A DNA stretch of 58,445 nt, counting the filler, from Sphacelaria rigidula (lineage: Eukaryota), in NCBI GenBank assembly GCA_964200075.2. It is 6 parts of 6 records of this genome, joined end to end, with 100 filler letters (N's around TTAATTAATTAA, not from the genome) between each part and the next. Parts side by side here need not be neighbours in the genome. Positions count along the whole stretch, not along the records: positions 19,518 to 29,175 come from CAXNAA020008017.1; positions 29,276 to 38,932 come from CAXNAA020008018.1; 4 more parts are not named here. One strand, given 5' to 3'. Shown piece after piece: positions 25,351 to 36,213 of this stretch (position 1 is the stretch's first letter; each line of letters opens with the position of its first letter). The position numbers were made by a program, and so were the translations under genes. The notes under the pieces were generated by a model. It saw nothing but the letters and a program-made list of their open reading frames with translations, did no database searches and was not told where the DNA came from.

Positions 25351-28177
25351 CTAGAAAAAGTATGACAAGCTACCGCTGGGGAGACGGTCGTCGGATACAA
25401 CCTCGAACACGTCGGAGCATCCGAAAACGACGTCATCGGAGAACTCCCCCACACGAATGCTGTAAAGCCCTGACGGCGTGCCTTCGGGGATCTCCACGTC
25501 GTAGTCTCCACCTGTTGACACACATGGCGGGGTGTGTTATGAATGTTACATCATGGGCAGCCGTGTGCGTAGCGTCAAAGTGTCATATATTCTCTATAAC
25601 ACCTCAAGTGAAAAAGTGGTCGCGATATAGAAGGTGTGCATTTCAATTTCACCAACGTGCAAAAGGCGAACCAAACGTCATACTCACTGGTATCTTTGCA
25701 GCCGATCGTGGGCTTGTCGCAAATCGAGGTGACCCACGTTCCGCAGTCGCCGGAGCCACCGGCTCTGTACAGGTCGATCTTGAATCGGCCAACAGATGAT
25801 CCAAGGCCGTCATTGTAGTCGAACTGGGGGCAACATGTTTTCATCAAATTCCGGCAGTAGAGGATAAATTATCAAGTGTCAAGCGGTCAAGTGGTGATTG
25901 CTTCACTATGGCTCTTCGCGGAGCCCAATGTGCCTCATTGGTAATTTGCCAACGGCCTTTCGATGTTCAGGAGTAGAATATGCATGTGTTCTTGTACGCC
26001 CGTGACCCATCGAGGCACGGAAAACCACATCACGGGGGAGATTTGGTGAATTGAAGGCGAGACAGGTTATAGCTGCCCTCCGGCTCACGACATTGTCAAC
26101 ATCGATGGAATCAAGTTGGATGATGTTGACGGTCGAGAATCGGCGAGTGCCGTCAATCCTCCTCGCATGTGCACGCTGCGACGTCAACATGAAAACTGAC
26201 CTCGACGGTGTATTCATCACCAGCCACGGCAACATCACCCTCTTGCGGGTTAGTCACGTACAGGTGGGGCCCATCCTTCGTCATCCAGTTGGGTACGTCC
26301 TCCGACTCGAGAAGGTAGAATGAGTCGGAGCAGTCCGCGTTTGACTCGTCCGACACATCTGCGACCCGGACCTGGATCGGGGGTCGGGACACCGCAGAAC
26401 AGCGCAGACCACGACATATTATTGTTGCGGTCACATCAAAAACCCATACATATCTACGCGCAGTATTTCTACTGATCTCTGATGCGGACGCCTTCCCTGG
26501 TCACTGGCCACTAACCCCCCTCGAACAAGACCCGATTTCGAATAAAAATCGCGATGCAAGTAAACGGTGCGCATCATGAAACAACCGTTCCATTTTGGCC
26601 AGGGTGATTGCTTCATCTCTGGTCTCTCTTCAGTTCCATGCTTCGCTGCTCACCTTGTAACCCGAGCTGGAGACTCCGTCAAGGGGCTGGGGCATGACGA
26701 TGTCGTAGTCACCTTCGTTGTCCGGACAGCCATCCTCGCCGTAAGGGCAAAGGGCAGTTACCCATTCTCCACAGTCATCCTATTTATCAAGATGTCACAT
26801 TACAGACATCGATTGGTGAATATTCCGAAATATCCTGGCAGCGATGGGCCCAGGACATCATCACGCTGACGATGGTATCTCAAGACGAGAGACCGACATC
26901 TTGACCTCATAGTCGAGAATCGCCCGAAGATACTTCACGCAGTGACTACGAGGCACCGAGTCGGAAACGCGGCGAGTTCCACAAGGTAAATTCCAAATCT
27001 TCGGATCCACGCTGTAAGTGAAACCTTTTTTCACGTGTGACACACTAGCCGTCAGATCGTGGTGATGAGAGTCAACAGTATCATCATAATTCCGTGAGAG
27101 ACAACACTACACCAAACGCGCGTCCGGGTCACTGATATACTTGCATGGCGCGCATATCCGTGTCCATCCTCGGTATCAACAGTGAGCTCGGTCTTCGTTT
27201 TGTTCATATGTACCCACCTCTGTGCAGAAGGACCCACAGTAGTAGAGGTCGATTTCGACGCGTGTGTCATCTCCGGTGCCTTCCCACTCCACGGTATAGG
27301 TGCTGGAGGGAGTACAGGACAGGACGAGTATGAGGGGTGGAATAGAAGTGGGTTCACTCCACGGCAGCTGTCGCAAGCTCTTCGCATTCGCGTTTTCGTC
27401 AACCATCTCAGGGATATAGTCGGCCATTATTCGAATCGTGTACCCCACGACCTTCAGACAGCCGTACAAGTAGGGATAGTCCGTCTTGGTCATGACTCAT
27501 CATACATCGATATCGATTCAGGTGGGGACCTGCCCTCATCTTCCAAGGGTTCCGGGGGATCAGGTTTCAGGATGGGGTGTCTTGGGTGTTTCAGCGATGT
27601 GTACAGTGCAAGGCTCGAGAGTTCGCCCTGGACGCTTGGGATCAAGCCTCGGAGAACCGTACGTGACCCGATATCCATGTTCACCTCGACGTTTACGGAG
27701 GGGGAGTTGAGATGGGATTGAAATCAAGGAAGCAATAAATTGCAGAACGTCCACACACCAAAAACACGATGCCTGCGCCGGGGCGTATCTGCCGAAAAAA
27801 TTGTTCGGGGAGCGCACGTTGTCGATTGTCAAGTTCCATTACCGTCGTGTTTCCCCCTCACGATGGGCTGACATACCCAAGATGACCTACTGCACAAATT
27901 GGTAGGAAGCTTCCGTGTCCTCTCGGCTGCATGTGGTGTTGCATACGCGGCAGTTATGATACGTTTTCACTCCGCTGCATACCACTCTGCACACGTCCAC
28001 GATACGTACGCCAACACGGCTCCCCCTCTCTAGCATCAACACAATGCAGGTGGCAAGTTCGTACCTGTCGGCTTTAACCATGTCACCTTCGACAGGCGCC
28101 GTCACCTCCAGGGCAGCGCTGAATGATGCGCTGATCATGGCAGATACAGCCACCGTCACGAACGCGAAGCGAGCCAT
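25351..28177 (-). CDS. Secreted protein, 263 aa, with two Cys-rich Ig-like repeats (Kre9/Knh1 N-terminal-like); exons 28177-28065, 27302-27218, 26779-26654, 26371-26201, 25823-25688, 25511-25351
   Basis: Six GT-AG exons total 792 nt in frame from ATG to TAG; hydrophobic N-terminus MARFAFVTVAVSAMISASFSAA; repeat pattern VTxPxEGD..YTVE..IDLY..DCGxWVTxxC..GDYD..YxxRV..CSDxF occurs twice. Confidence 0.85.
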
Positions 28178-29106
28178 CCTACTAGCGTTCGGTTTGCTAA
28201 GAGGCAAAGATGGATGAAGATGGTAGCGTGGCAGAGAGTTCGTTCGAGGTATGTAGAGGTTTCGGATGGTGGTAACGCTGAGGATACTTGAGGATGTGAT
28301 CTAGGTGGGGTGGGGGGAGGGGCTAATTGCATTGGTTGCGGCGGCGCAACATATTTGAGAGACCCGAGTTTGGGCCAGAACACCTCACTCCTTCCCTACT
28401 AGCGCATGTAATCCGCAGGGGGGCTGGGAATGTGACCCGCTATCTGTCACTGAGTAGGACTTTTTTCATCAGCTGGACTATGAGGTACTAGGGACACGAA
28501 ATATTCACGGTCTGTTTCGGAGGAACCATGTGTCATTCCCCTGAACTGACTGCAGAATGCCCACCATGTGCCCTGGGCACATGATCCGTCAAGAACATCA
28601 CACCACTCTGCTGTCTGTGCTATCTGCACATATAGAGACACACCCTACCTTTCTCATGCAACGCTATGCATGAAAAATACGATAAACACGTCGGCCGAGA
28701 GGAATCACAGGAGGGCTCCACGTTTCACAACTACAGGGCCATCACCTCCCTGTCCCTCGCAAGCTCAATCCCCAGACGGGGATACGTACAGGTCATCTGT
28801 TTATTCGGCACCATGTTCACTTGAAAAATAAAATAAAATATGCGTGAGTCAGATGGGCCACCCTCGTGGTCTAGGAGTTCAAATAGGCCAGTCTGGGCTA
28901 CAGTAAACTTTGAATCAAAGTGGCAGTGGCAAATAATTCCGTTTATTTCGCTCGTTTTCCGCCCTGTCTGTAACAAGCATGTGTTATTCTCGATCATGCG
29001 GAAAGAAGATTGAGGGGTCCTTTTCAGGTGCAATAGAAAGTCAGTGCAGAGGTTACCCCATCACGCCAAAATCCCGATTGTCGCATCAATATGACTCAGT
29101 TTAGTA

Positions 29107-29175
29107 TTAACCCTTAGACCGCGAGGTTAGTCTTCTGTTGGATTGGCATCAATTTCAAGTGAAAAAAAGTATGCA
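29107..29175. mobile_element. TTAA MITE copy truncated by the contig end (degenerate copy also at ~28765-28882)
   Basis: TTAA-CCCTTAGACCGCGAGGTTAGTCTT...AATTTCAAGTGAAAAAAAGTATGCA is nearly identical to 46270-46335. Confidence 0.85.
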
Positions 29176-29275
29176 NNNNNNNNNNNNNNNNNNNNNNNNN
29201 NNNNNNNNNNNNNNNNNNNTTAATTAATTAANNNNNNNNNNNNNNNNNNNNNNNNNNNNNNNNNNNNNNNNNNNN
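29176..29275. other. Artificial contig linker
   Basis: N44-TTAATTAATTAA-N44. Confidence 0.97.
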
Positions 29276-29351
29276 AGTGTGGAGAAGGCACTGTTTTAGG
29301 CTTGAACCTCATCTCGGAGTTAAACCTCAATTCGCACAATTTGTTATTACA

Positions 29352-30480
29352 ACATTCTTCGAGTGTAGCAGAGTAATGCCGCTGAGCATGATTGAAACGC
29401 TGACTGAAATACGCTACGATTGCAGTTTTGCCCCCTTTATCTTGGGTGAGCACCGATCCAGCACCCTCTCCGGACGCGTCAACTTGAATGGTGAACTCCT
29501 TTGAAAAGTCTGGGAAGTGAAGGACAGGAGTGGTGGTGAGAAGTCTTTTTACTTCGGCAAAATCTGCATCGTGTTCGTGATTCCAGCGTTTTGCTACTTC
29601 CTTGGCTGCCTCTTTTTCGTTAGATCTACCAACGGGGCGATGACATGTGCGAGATTCGGAATAAATTTTCTCACAAAATAAATCGTCCCTAACACTGAAC
29701 GTAATTGTTTGATGTTCGTTGGTGTAGGTAAATCTAAGATGCCCTTTACGCGGTCTTCCCCAATTTTGATCCCGTCAGCGGACAAAGTGTAGCCGAGGTA
29801 CTTGACCTCCTTGGGACCAAACTGTGCTTTAGAGGGCTTTAGGGTAAGACCTGCTTTTTTCAGTGCTTTGAACATGTCTTCCAGTAGAGTGAGGTGACTT
29901 TCCCATGTGGAGGAGCAGGCGATCAAATCATCCATGTACACCAACAGACCGCTCCTGGGCCCAAGGTGTGAGAAAGTAAGAGCCATTATTCGCGAGAACC
30001 GGGAAGATGCCAGGCCGAACGGTAGCCTGTTGAAAACCCACTTACCTTTCTCTGTAACAAAGGCCGTTTTTTTTTTCTCCTCCTCCGCTATTGGGATCTG
30101 ATGGAACGTGCTCTGTACATCAAAGACAGAGATAAATTTGGCGCCTGCCACCGTATCTACATGACTGTCCAAACTAGGCATTGGCCACGACTTGCGCACA
30201 AGACGTTTATTGGGCGTGGATCTGTAGTCAACACAAAATCGGGCAGTACCATCATGTTTAGCTACGATCGTCACACCCGAGCCCCATGGGCTGGGTCTCT
30301 GTTCGATTATTCCGTCTTTTTCCATCTCCTGTACACAGTTGTCGATGACTTCTTGAATTCTGGGGTTGGCTCTGTACGGGGCCCGATCGATGGGCTTGGT
30401 GCCCGGGACAAGGGGAAAAATGCTTCCCCAATTGTACGAAAACCTAATCTCGTTGTGACAGTGAGAAGACGGACCTGTAT
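29352..30480 (-). pseudogene. pol: reverse transcriptase and RNase H (frameshifted)
   Basis: SPWGSGVTIVAKHDGTARFCVDYR, KTAFVT, LPFGL, YMDDL, YLGY; after a frameshift PVLHFPDFSKEFTIQVDAS...VAYFSQRFNHAQRHYSATLEEC. Confidence 0.93.
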
Positions 30481-30553
30481 TTGATGCATAGGTCGAGCAC
30501 TTGGCTCTTCTGATTTTCAGAAAACGTGCTATCTTTAAATGCATTTTGGAGCG

Positions 30554-31954
30554 CTATTGTAAGATCTTTTCGGGCGTCAGTATTTTGCCGTTCAGCTTGT
30601 GAAATTGCACTGACGTTTTCCGTCGGGTTATTTGTTTCAACTTGTGAAAGTTCACCGGCGTTTCCCGTCGGGTCATTTTTTCGACTTGTGTGATGTGTCC
30701 CAAAAGTAAATTTCTTGGGAGTTGGACGTGTCTATTCGACGGGTTCGCTACTTGTACCATAGCTGTTTTGTTGACCGCTGACCAGGTGCAGGCTGTGCGT
30801 GCTACAACGAGGCGGCTATAAGCATCCGGTACTTTGTTGGATTGAAGGTCTTCACTCGTTACAATTCTTGGCTCAATAGCCGCTTCAGTCGTAAATTTTG
30901 GCGGCTCATTTGTTTCGACCAAGAGAGCCATCTTACTTCGCGGCGGGACGGAGCATCGTTTTGAGAGGTACAGCGGTACATTTTCAGCCGATGCTACCCG
31001 TATGACAGAACAATAATCATATTCTGAAAACTTCGGATGAACTTTTCTGTGTCTTCTTCGATGAGTACCTGTCAGGCGAACTGTTGAACTACGAAACGCC
31101 AGGGTTTCTTCCTGCCAATCGAGAATCCCGCCAAATGCGCTCATCATCGAACTTTTTATCAGCATGAGATCTGGCCCGAGATTCCTGAGGACAAATGCTT
31201 CAACGGGCAAGGTTATGTCACCCAGCGTGAGGTCAAAGCGAATGAATCCCTTTATCGTTGTTGGGGAACCGTTAGCACTTCGTAGATCTATAGAACGTGA
31301 TGGGACGGATTTAATGTCCTGCTCTCTCAACTTAGAATGTGCACGAATGAACTTGAGACTGAATATGGGAAGATCCGGAGCGGTATCAATGGTTATGGCC
31401 GGAACCTCCATTCCGTTGACTCTGGCGGGAACCTGCACTCTAGCTGATGCAGGTCGTAACGTTGCCGGCTTCCTAGGGTAGCGGGCCAACGAAGACATGA
31501 AGAACGGCTCGAATTCTGCCGAGCCTGGGGGCAAAAAATTGGATCTGTGCTCTTCATTATTTTTCCGAGACGTCTTGGTTACAAAAGCAGCTTTGGGCGC
31601 AATTTTCAGGTGGCGATGCTTCCCACGTAACATCTGATCTTGACCTGTTGTATTCCTCACTTGCTCTTTTGTTCTAGCCGTTGCAACTGTAACCCCTTCC
31701 ACATGTACTTTCTTACATGACCTCACAGAAGAAGCTACGCCTTGACTAGCAAACAGCGCACGTTTCTTGCCCTTGTTATCTCCCACCAGAGGGTCGGCAC
31801 CCATTTCGTGGTGCACATTATTTTCCCTCGATTTTCTGTCCTTCTGCGCCACGCTTGCTACCTTGAAAACTTCTCCGACAGCCTGCACGGTAGTTGCTCT
31901 TTTCGCTTTTACACGTGCCCCTTCGCTGGGCGAGGGCCCCTGCTCTGGGCACCA
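30554..31954 (-). pseudogene. pol: retropepsin aspartic protease region
   Basis: ARVNGMEVPAITIDTAPDLPIFS (D-T-A active-site-like motif), LRSANGS flap, ILDW. Confidence 0.8.
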
Positions 31955-33980
31955 TCAAACACCTAACGCTAACAGCTGCTCTTTATGTTTCTTCGCTAGT
32001 TGACAGTCGTCTATGGAATGATTGTGTTTGAACCTCCACGGCTTGTATGTGCAACACTCGCCTCTCTTCCTTGATTGACTATCAATTTTTCCACGCCCTC
32101 TACGCTCTGACCGACTACGTTTTGCGGTCTCACTGGGAGAAGGTGATGGGCCCGTTTTGTCCCCCGGGTGTGAAGAACGTCTTTTCGACCTGCCGCGGCC
32201 TCCACCAGCCCATCGTTTTTCTCTCAACAATGTTTCAACTTGCTGCCCTTGATCGGCAACTGTTTCCGCGAGCTGAGACGAGTTGTGTATGGCGAGAGAT
32301 GAAACGTGGGTCGGAGAGGGATTGAAAATTTCTGGCTGAGTCCCGCGCAAATTGTTGGTTTCGTGTTTTTTGGCGCGAGCTCTTGCAACCTGAAAGTTAT
32401 GAGTTGAAACTTCGCGTACTGTTTCAACCCTGATATGTGGCGACACTCCTGCTTCAAAAGCAGCCGTCTGACTGGCTTTCCGTGCGAAGCTAACGGGATC
32501 CCTACCATGTGGCGTGACTCGTGCGGCTTCTGCGTAAAAACGCGAGTGCGCCTTGGACACTTCTAGCGCGTAGGAGTCTACAGTGTGGTGGTCCTTAAAT
32601 TTGAGCTCCGCTATAGCCCGGGCCAGGATTGCAATGCAATTGGGTGGAGAGTATAAATTCGTATAAGCATCGACCCACTCGCCCCATGATGCGGGGGCCC
32701 TGGTAGATACCTCACCTCCTTGTGCCCGAAGGGCTTCGAGATTCGCCTCTGTCCGCAATTCTAAGGTACCGGTTACGAGATCCGTGTACGCGTCTAGAGC
32801 TGTGTCCCTCAGTAGGAGCTGTAAATGCTTGATGCATCGGCGATCGATTTCCTCTCGCGTGCATTGATCCTGCGAGTTAATTTCAACTCGGGACCGGTAC
32901 TGTCGCATTATCGTTGGAATGTCTTCAGTTCGTAGTTCTTCTCAGAACCATGTTAGAACCGAGATCGTTTGTTTTGATCGTGAATCGAGGAGTGTGTACT
33001 ATATTGTCGATAGCACTTGACCGATTCTGGTTTTCATGCGAGGGGGTCAAATTTGGTGCCCCTTGGGGTGAAAACTTACCACCAGGCACGTGAGGTGATG
33101 CCTGAGGGCTACTGATCACTTGTTGGTTCGTAGGGGATGCGTAACCTACGTTGCTTGGGTGAAGTTGGGCGGAAGTCAGCGAGGTTTGAGAGTTTGTGCC
33201 GGGCGAATGATTTGGTGCAGTGACTTGATCTACTACATTATTAGTTGCCCGGGACAATCGAGGGGGCGTGGTTGGTGCCTGCACACTTTGAGAGCGTGGC
33301 GGCGTCGTGTCATTAGGTGCATGATCCCCGCGAGGTAGATGTACCGAACTACCCCTCACTATCTCTACCTCTAAATTTGGCTGTTCTACTGCCGCCCCAT
33401 TGTTCACCTGGTGTACTTGCTGGATCACATCCTGAGGGGAGTCCAGCATCCCCAGCGCTCGCAAAGCGCACTGAGGAGGATCCGTCCCCTTGTCGAAGTG
33501 TTGTTCCATAGTTTTCAAGGCTACAATGAGAGCTGCCTGTTTGATGTGTCCCGGTACCGGGTCGGAGAACGTGACGGCTCTCGATGAGGGGGTCCTGCCC
33601 ACGTTTTCGGGATCCGTGTCGCCGAGGCCGGAGTTGCTTTTATCCTCCTCGCGGAGGAGAGAAAAACGGTTGCCCCTGTCGCTGGGAGCGTTGCCGGCCT
33701 GGGAGCGTTTTTTTTCCCTCAGGGTTGCGCGCCCTCTTCTTGCCTTTGTCGGAATTTTTCTCCGAGGGGGACGAAGGAACCCCAGGCTAGACGAGGACGA
33801 GGGCGCGGCTAGCGTGGACGACGAGGAGGTCGCGGGCGGGGCAACTGATGTTTCCGGGGCCGGTGCCTGTGCTACTTGAGCAAACGTCGGCTGGGCAGAG
33901 GACGACGAAGACGCGCCTGCGCCTGCGCCCGTTGACCCGCCGCTGCTGCTTCCGCTATTTTTGTTGCTGTTCCTCCCCAT
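31955..33980 (-). pseudogene. gag-like polyprotein (two ORFs, frameshift near 32920)
   Basis: First ATG after the PBS at 33980 (MGRNSNK...); S/P-rich N-terminus, helical capsid-like part, C-terminal Cys/His knuckle-like CCTYKPWRFKHNHSIDDC. Confidence 0.65.
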
Positions 33981-34040
33981 GATGAACGATGTATAATGGG
34001 GTAGAAAAGAAAAATCCGAGGGTCTCGCACACTTGTCTGA

Positions 34041-34055
34041 AACTGGTGTTCGCCA
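34041..34055 (-). promoter_or_regulatory. Primer-binding site
   Basis: Minus strand reads ...TTCCACA-T-TGGCGAACACCAGTT: TGG 1 nt after an LTR-like CA end, complementary to a tRNA 3' end ...GGUGUUCGCCA. Confidence 0.65.
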
Positions 34056-34056
34056 A

Positions 34057-34371
34057 TGTGGAAGTCGTGAGACTCCCGGTGACGGTAGAAACCGTCGAAG
34101 GTGGCCGATGATTTTCCTCGGGTTGTGTAAAGGATTGACCGTAAGTCGTGGGGTTGAGGCAAAGTGGATCACTCGGGAAAGCTCGACAAGCGCGAGCGAG
34201 TTAGCCCGATGACGAAGTCTGAGAGTCTTGGTCAAGAGTGATCCCCAGGGATAGCCAGCAGTTCGCTGGGAAGATCCCTGTTACTTTGGGGTCCCAGATC
34301 CGGCTGTACAGATATGGAAGTTTTGGGGCTCCTGCGAACTTCCCCCTGTAACAGCCGTTCACTAGGTTACA
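34057..34371 (-). repeat. Putative 5' LTR (~300 bp; outer end at 34353 or 34371)
   Basis: TGT...ACA termini lying between the PBS and a truncated MITE; the second LTR is not available for confirmation. Confidence 0.55.
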
Positions 34372-34680
34372 TGTCATAAAAGGAAATCTCTCCGCACATG
34401 CCCAAATGGCGATCTCCACATGAAAAACCAATTTTGGGGAATTCCGGGTTTCCGAACGGACGCCAAAATGGTTCCGAAGTTGTTTTTTCTCCTTGGACCC
34501 CAAAATTTCGATCATCGCAATTCAAATTTGTATGGCGTATAGCAGTTGTCAAAAGCTACCAGTGGGTGAAGAAATGGAACAATATTCTGAAGATTTTGTG
34601 TGGACACGAAGATGTTAATTCGCCGGGTTTTTCATCACCTATTAAAGATCCATCCCCAACTTGTAATATCCCGTGTTAAT
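34372..34680. mobile_element. Family A foldback MITE copy 3, truncated by the retrotransposon
   Basis: Reverse-complement similarity to 23585-23850 (CCGAACGGACGCCAAAATGGTTCCG; end TTGTAATATCCCGTGTTAA). Confidence 0.75.
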
Positions 34681-36213
34681 AACGATGTAACGGTCTTCCA
34701 TGCCAGAAGACAGAAGGTATGCAATATGGTTGCATGAAACCCCAACGCCACCCACGAGGACAGATGGTCCAAACGCGATAGCGCCAGCCGGAGTAATAGA
34801 CCTCGCGCAGCACAAAGTACGGCTGTGCAACGGTCAGACATGATCAACCCCCAATATAGAGGTGGTGTCGTGGGAACGTACAGCACAAAGCGCAGGATGA
34901 GATATGCCTTAAGATGACAGCCCACAAAGCGACAGCCTATATCGGATGTGTCAAAGTAACGGCCCCCGCCTACCCTACGCCAGGAGTATGTATAACGGCG
35001 GGGTACATGACATCCTCATCGCCGTTATGGAATGATCAAACCGCAGTTTGGTGCCGTATAAACGCGTACGACAGAGTACAGTAGCGTGCACGGCATGAGT
35101 TTACCCTTGACAAGGGCTGAAAATATCATGATCACACGCAGTGCAGAGGAGTAGGTGAACACATCCCCACAGGACCTGACGGTGCCTGTCCGTGAACACA
35201 GACCGTGGACGAGGGCATAAGTGAGGTAAATGTGCCGTCGTTTTCGTCTTATTATTTCAACTTAACCGTAGGTTTGCTATGATGCGGTGCAAAATATCTA
35301 CTGCAGGTGTGGCGTGAAGACTGCTGCCTCACGGAGAGTCAGCCATGCACTCTGGCCGGGGTTACAAAACACCGACGGGTCGAACACTTCGTCATACTCG
35401 TAAAGTAGAGAGCCTTCGAAACTTCTTTTCTCCCACGTTCCATTCGCACGGGTCTGAAAAACACACTTTGGGCGAATCGTTTTACTCACAAGCCGTAGGA
35501 AAGCAACCATTTCTTGCCCAAAAAACGTCAAATAAATGTAAATCGTCCATTCTTCATCAACGGTTCCAAAAGGGTTAATCGACGATTTCACGTGCAATTA
35601 GATGAGGGCACTGATGCTGGGATCAGAGAATCGAGCATAACGGGCGCCAGACCTCCCACTAGCTTCATCTCTCCATTCTTGCACTCAGTACTTAGTATCT
35701 GAGACTGGAAATACTCACTACACCATCAAGACAAATTTGGACATGAGTTGCAGTACAAATAGGAAGTCCACCAGTAGCGTCACGGTTCATCGGGGGATCG
35801 ACTATTTCAGTACATCCACTTTTGACCGACGCGTGGAGCACGTGCGACGCGTGGAGCACGTGGCCATCGCACCTATACCCATGTTCAGACGAGATCTTCG
35901 TGAGACTTAGGCGTCGGATATCAGGTCCCCACAACCTCACGAACACCTTTGCGCGATAAAAAAAAACGCACTCTACCAACCGCCCCTCGTCTAAACGTGC
36001 CAATGGTACACGCTAGCGTATGCCCGCAAACGCTGCGCCGAATCTAAACGTCAATCTTGGAACCGGTAGCATTATTCGTCACCCGTCGGACGTCCAAGGA
36101 GGGACGCTAGACACTCCTAGCTCCAACTTCAAGTTTGAATTATCGGCTTCTTCAGCTTGCAAACAATCAAACACACCAAGGCACCCACACACCGCAGCTG
36201 ACGACTCACGGAG

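Larger units (their letters stand above)
29352..34371 (-). mobile_element. Ty3/gypsy LTR retrotransposon, 5' part, decayed by frameshifts
   Basis: Order LTR-PBS-gag-protease-RT-RNase H; integrase and 3' LTR are absent from the contig. Confidence 0.93.
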
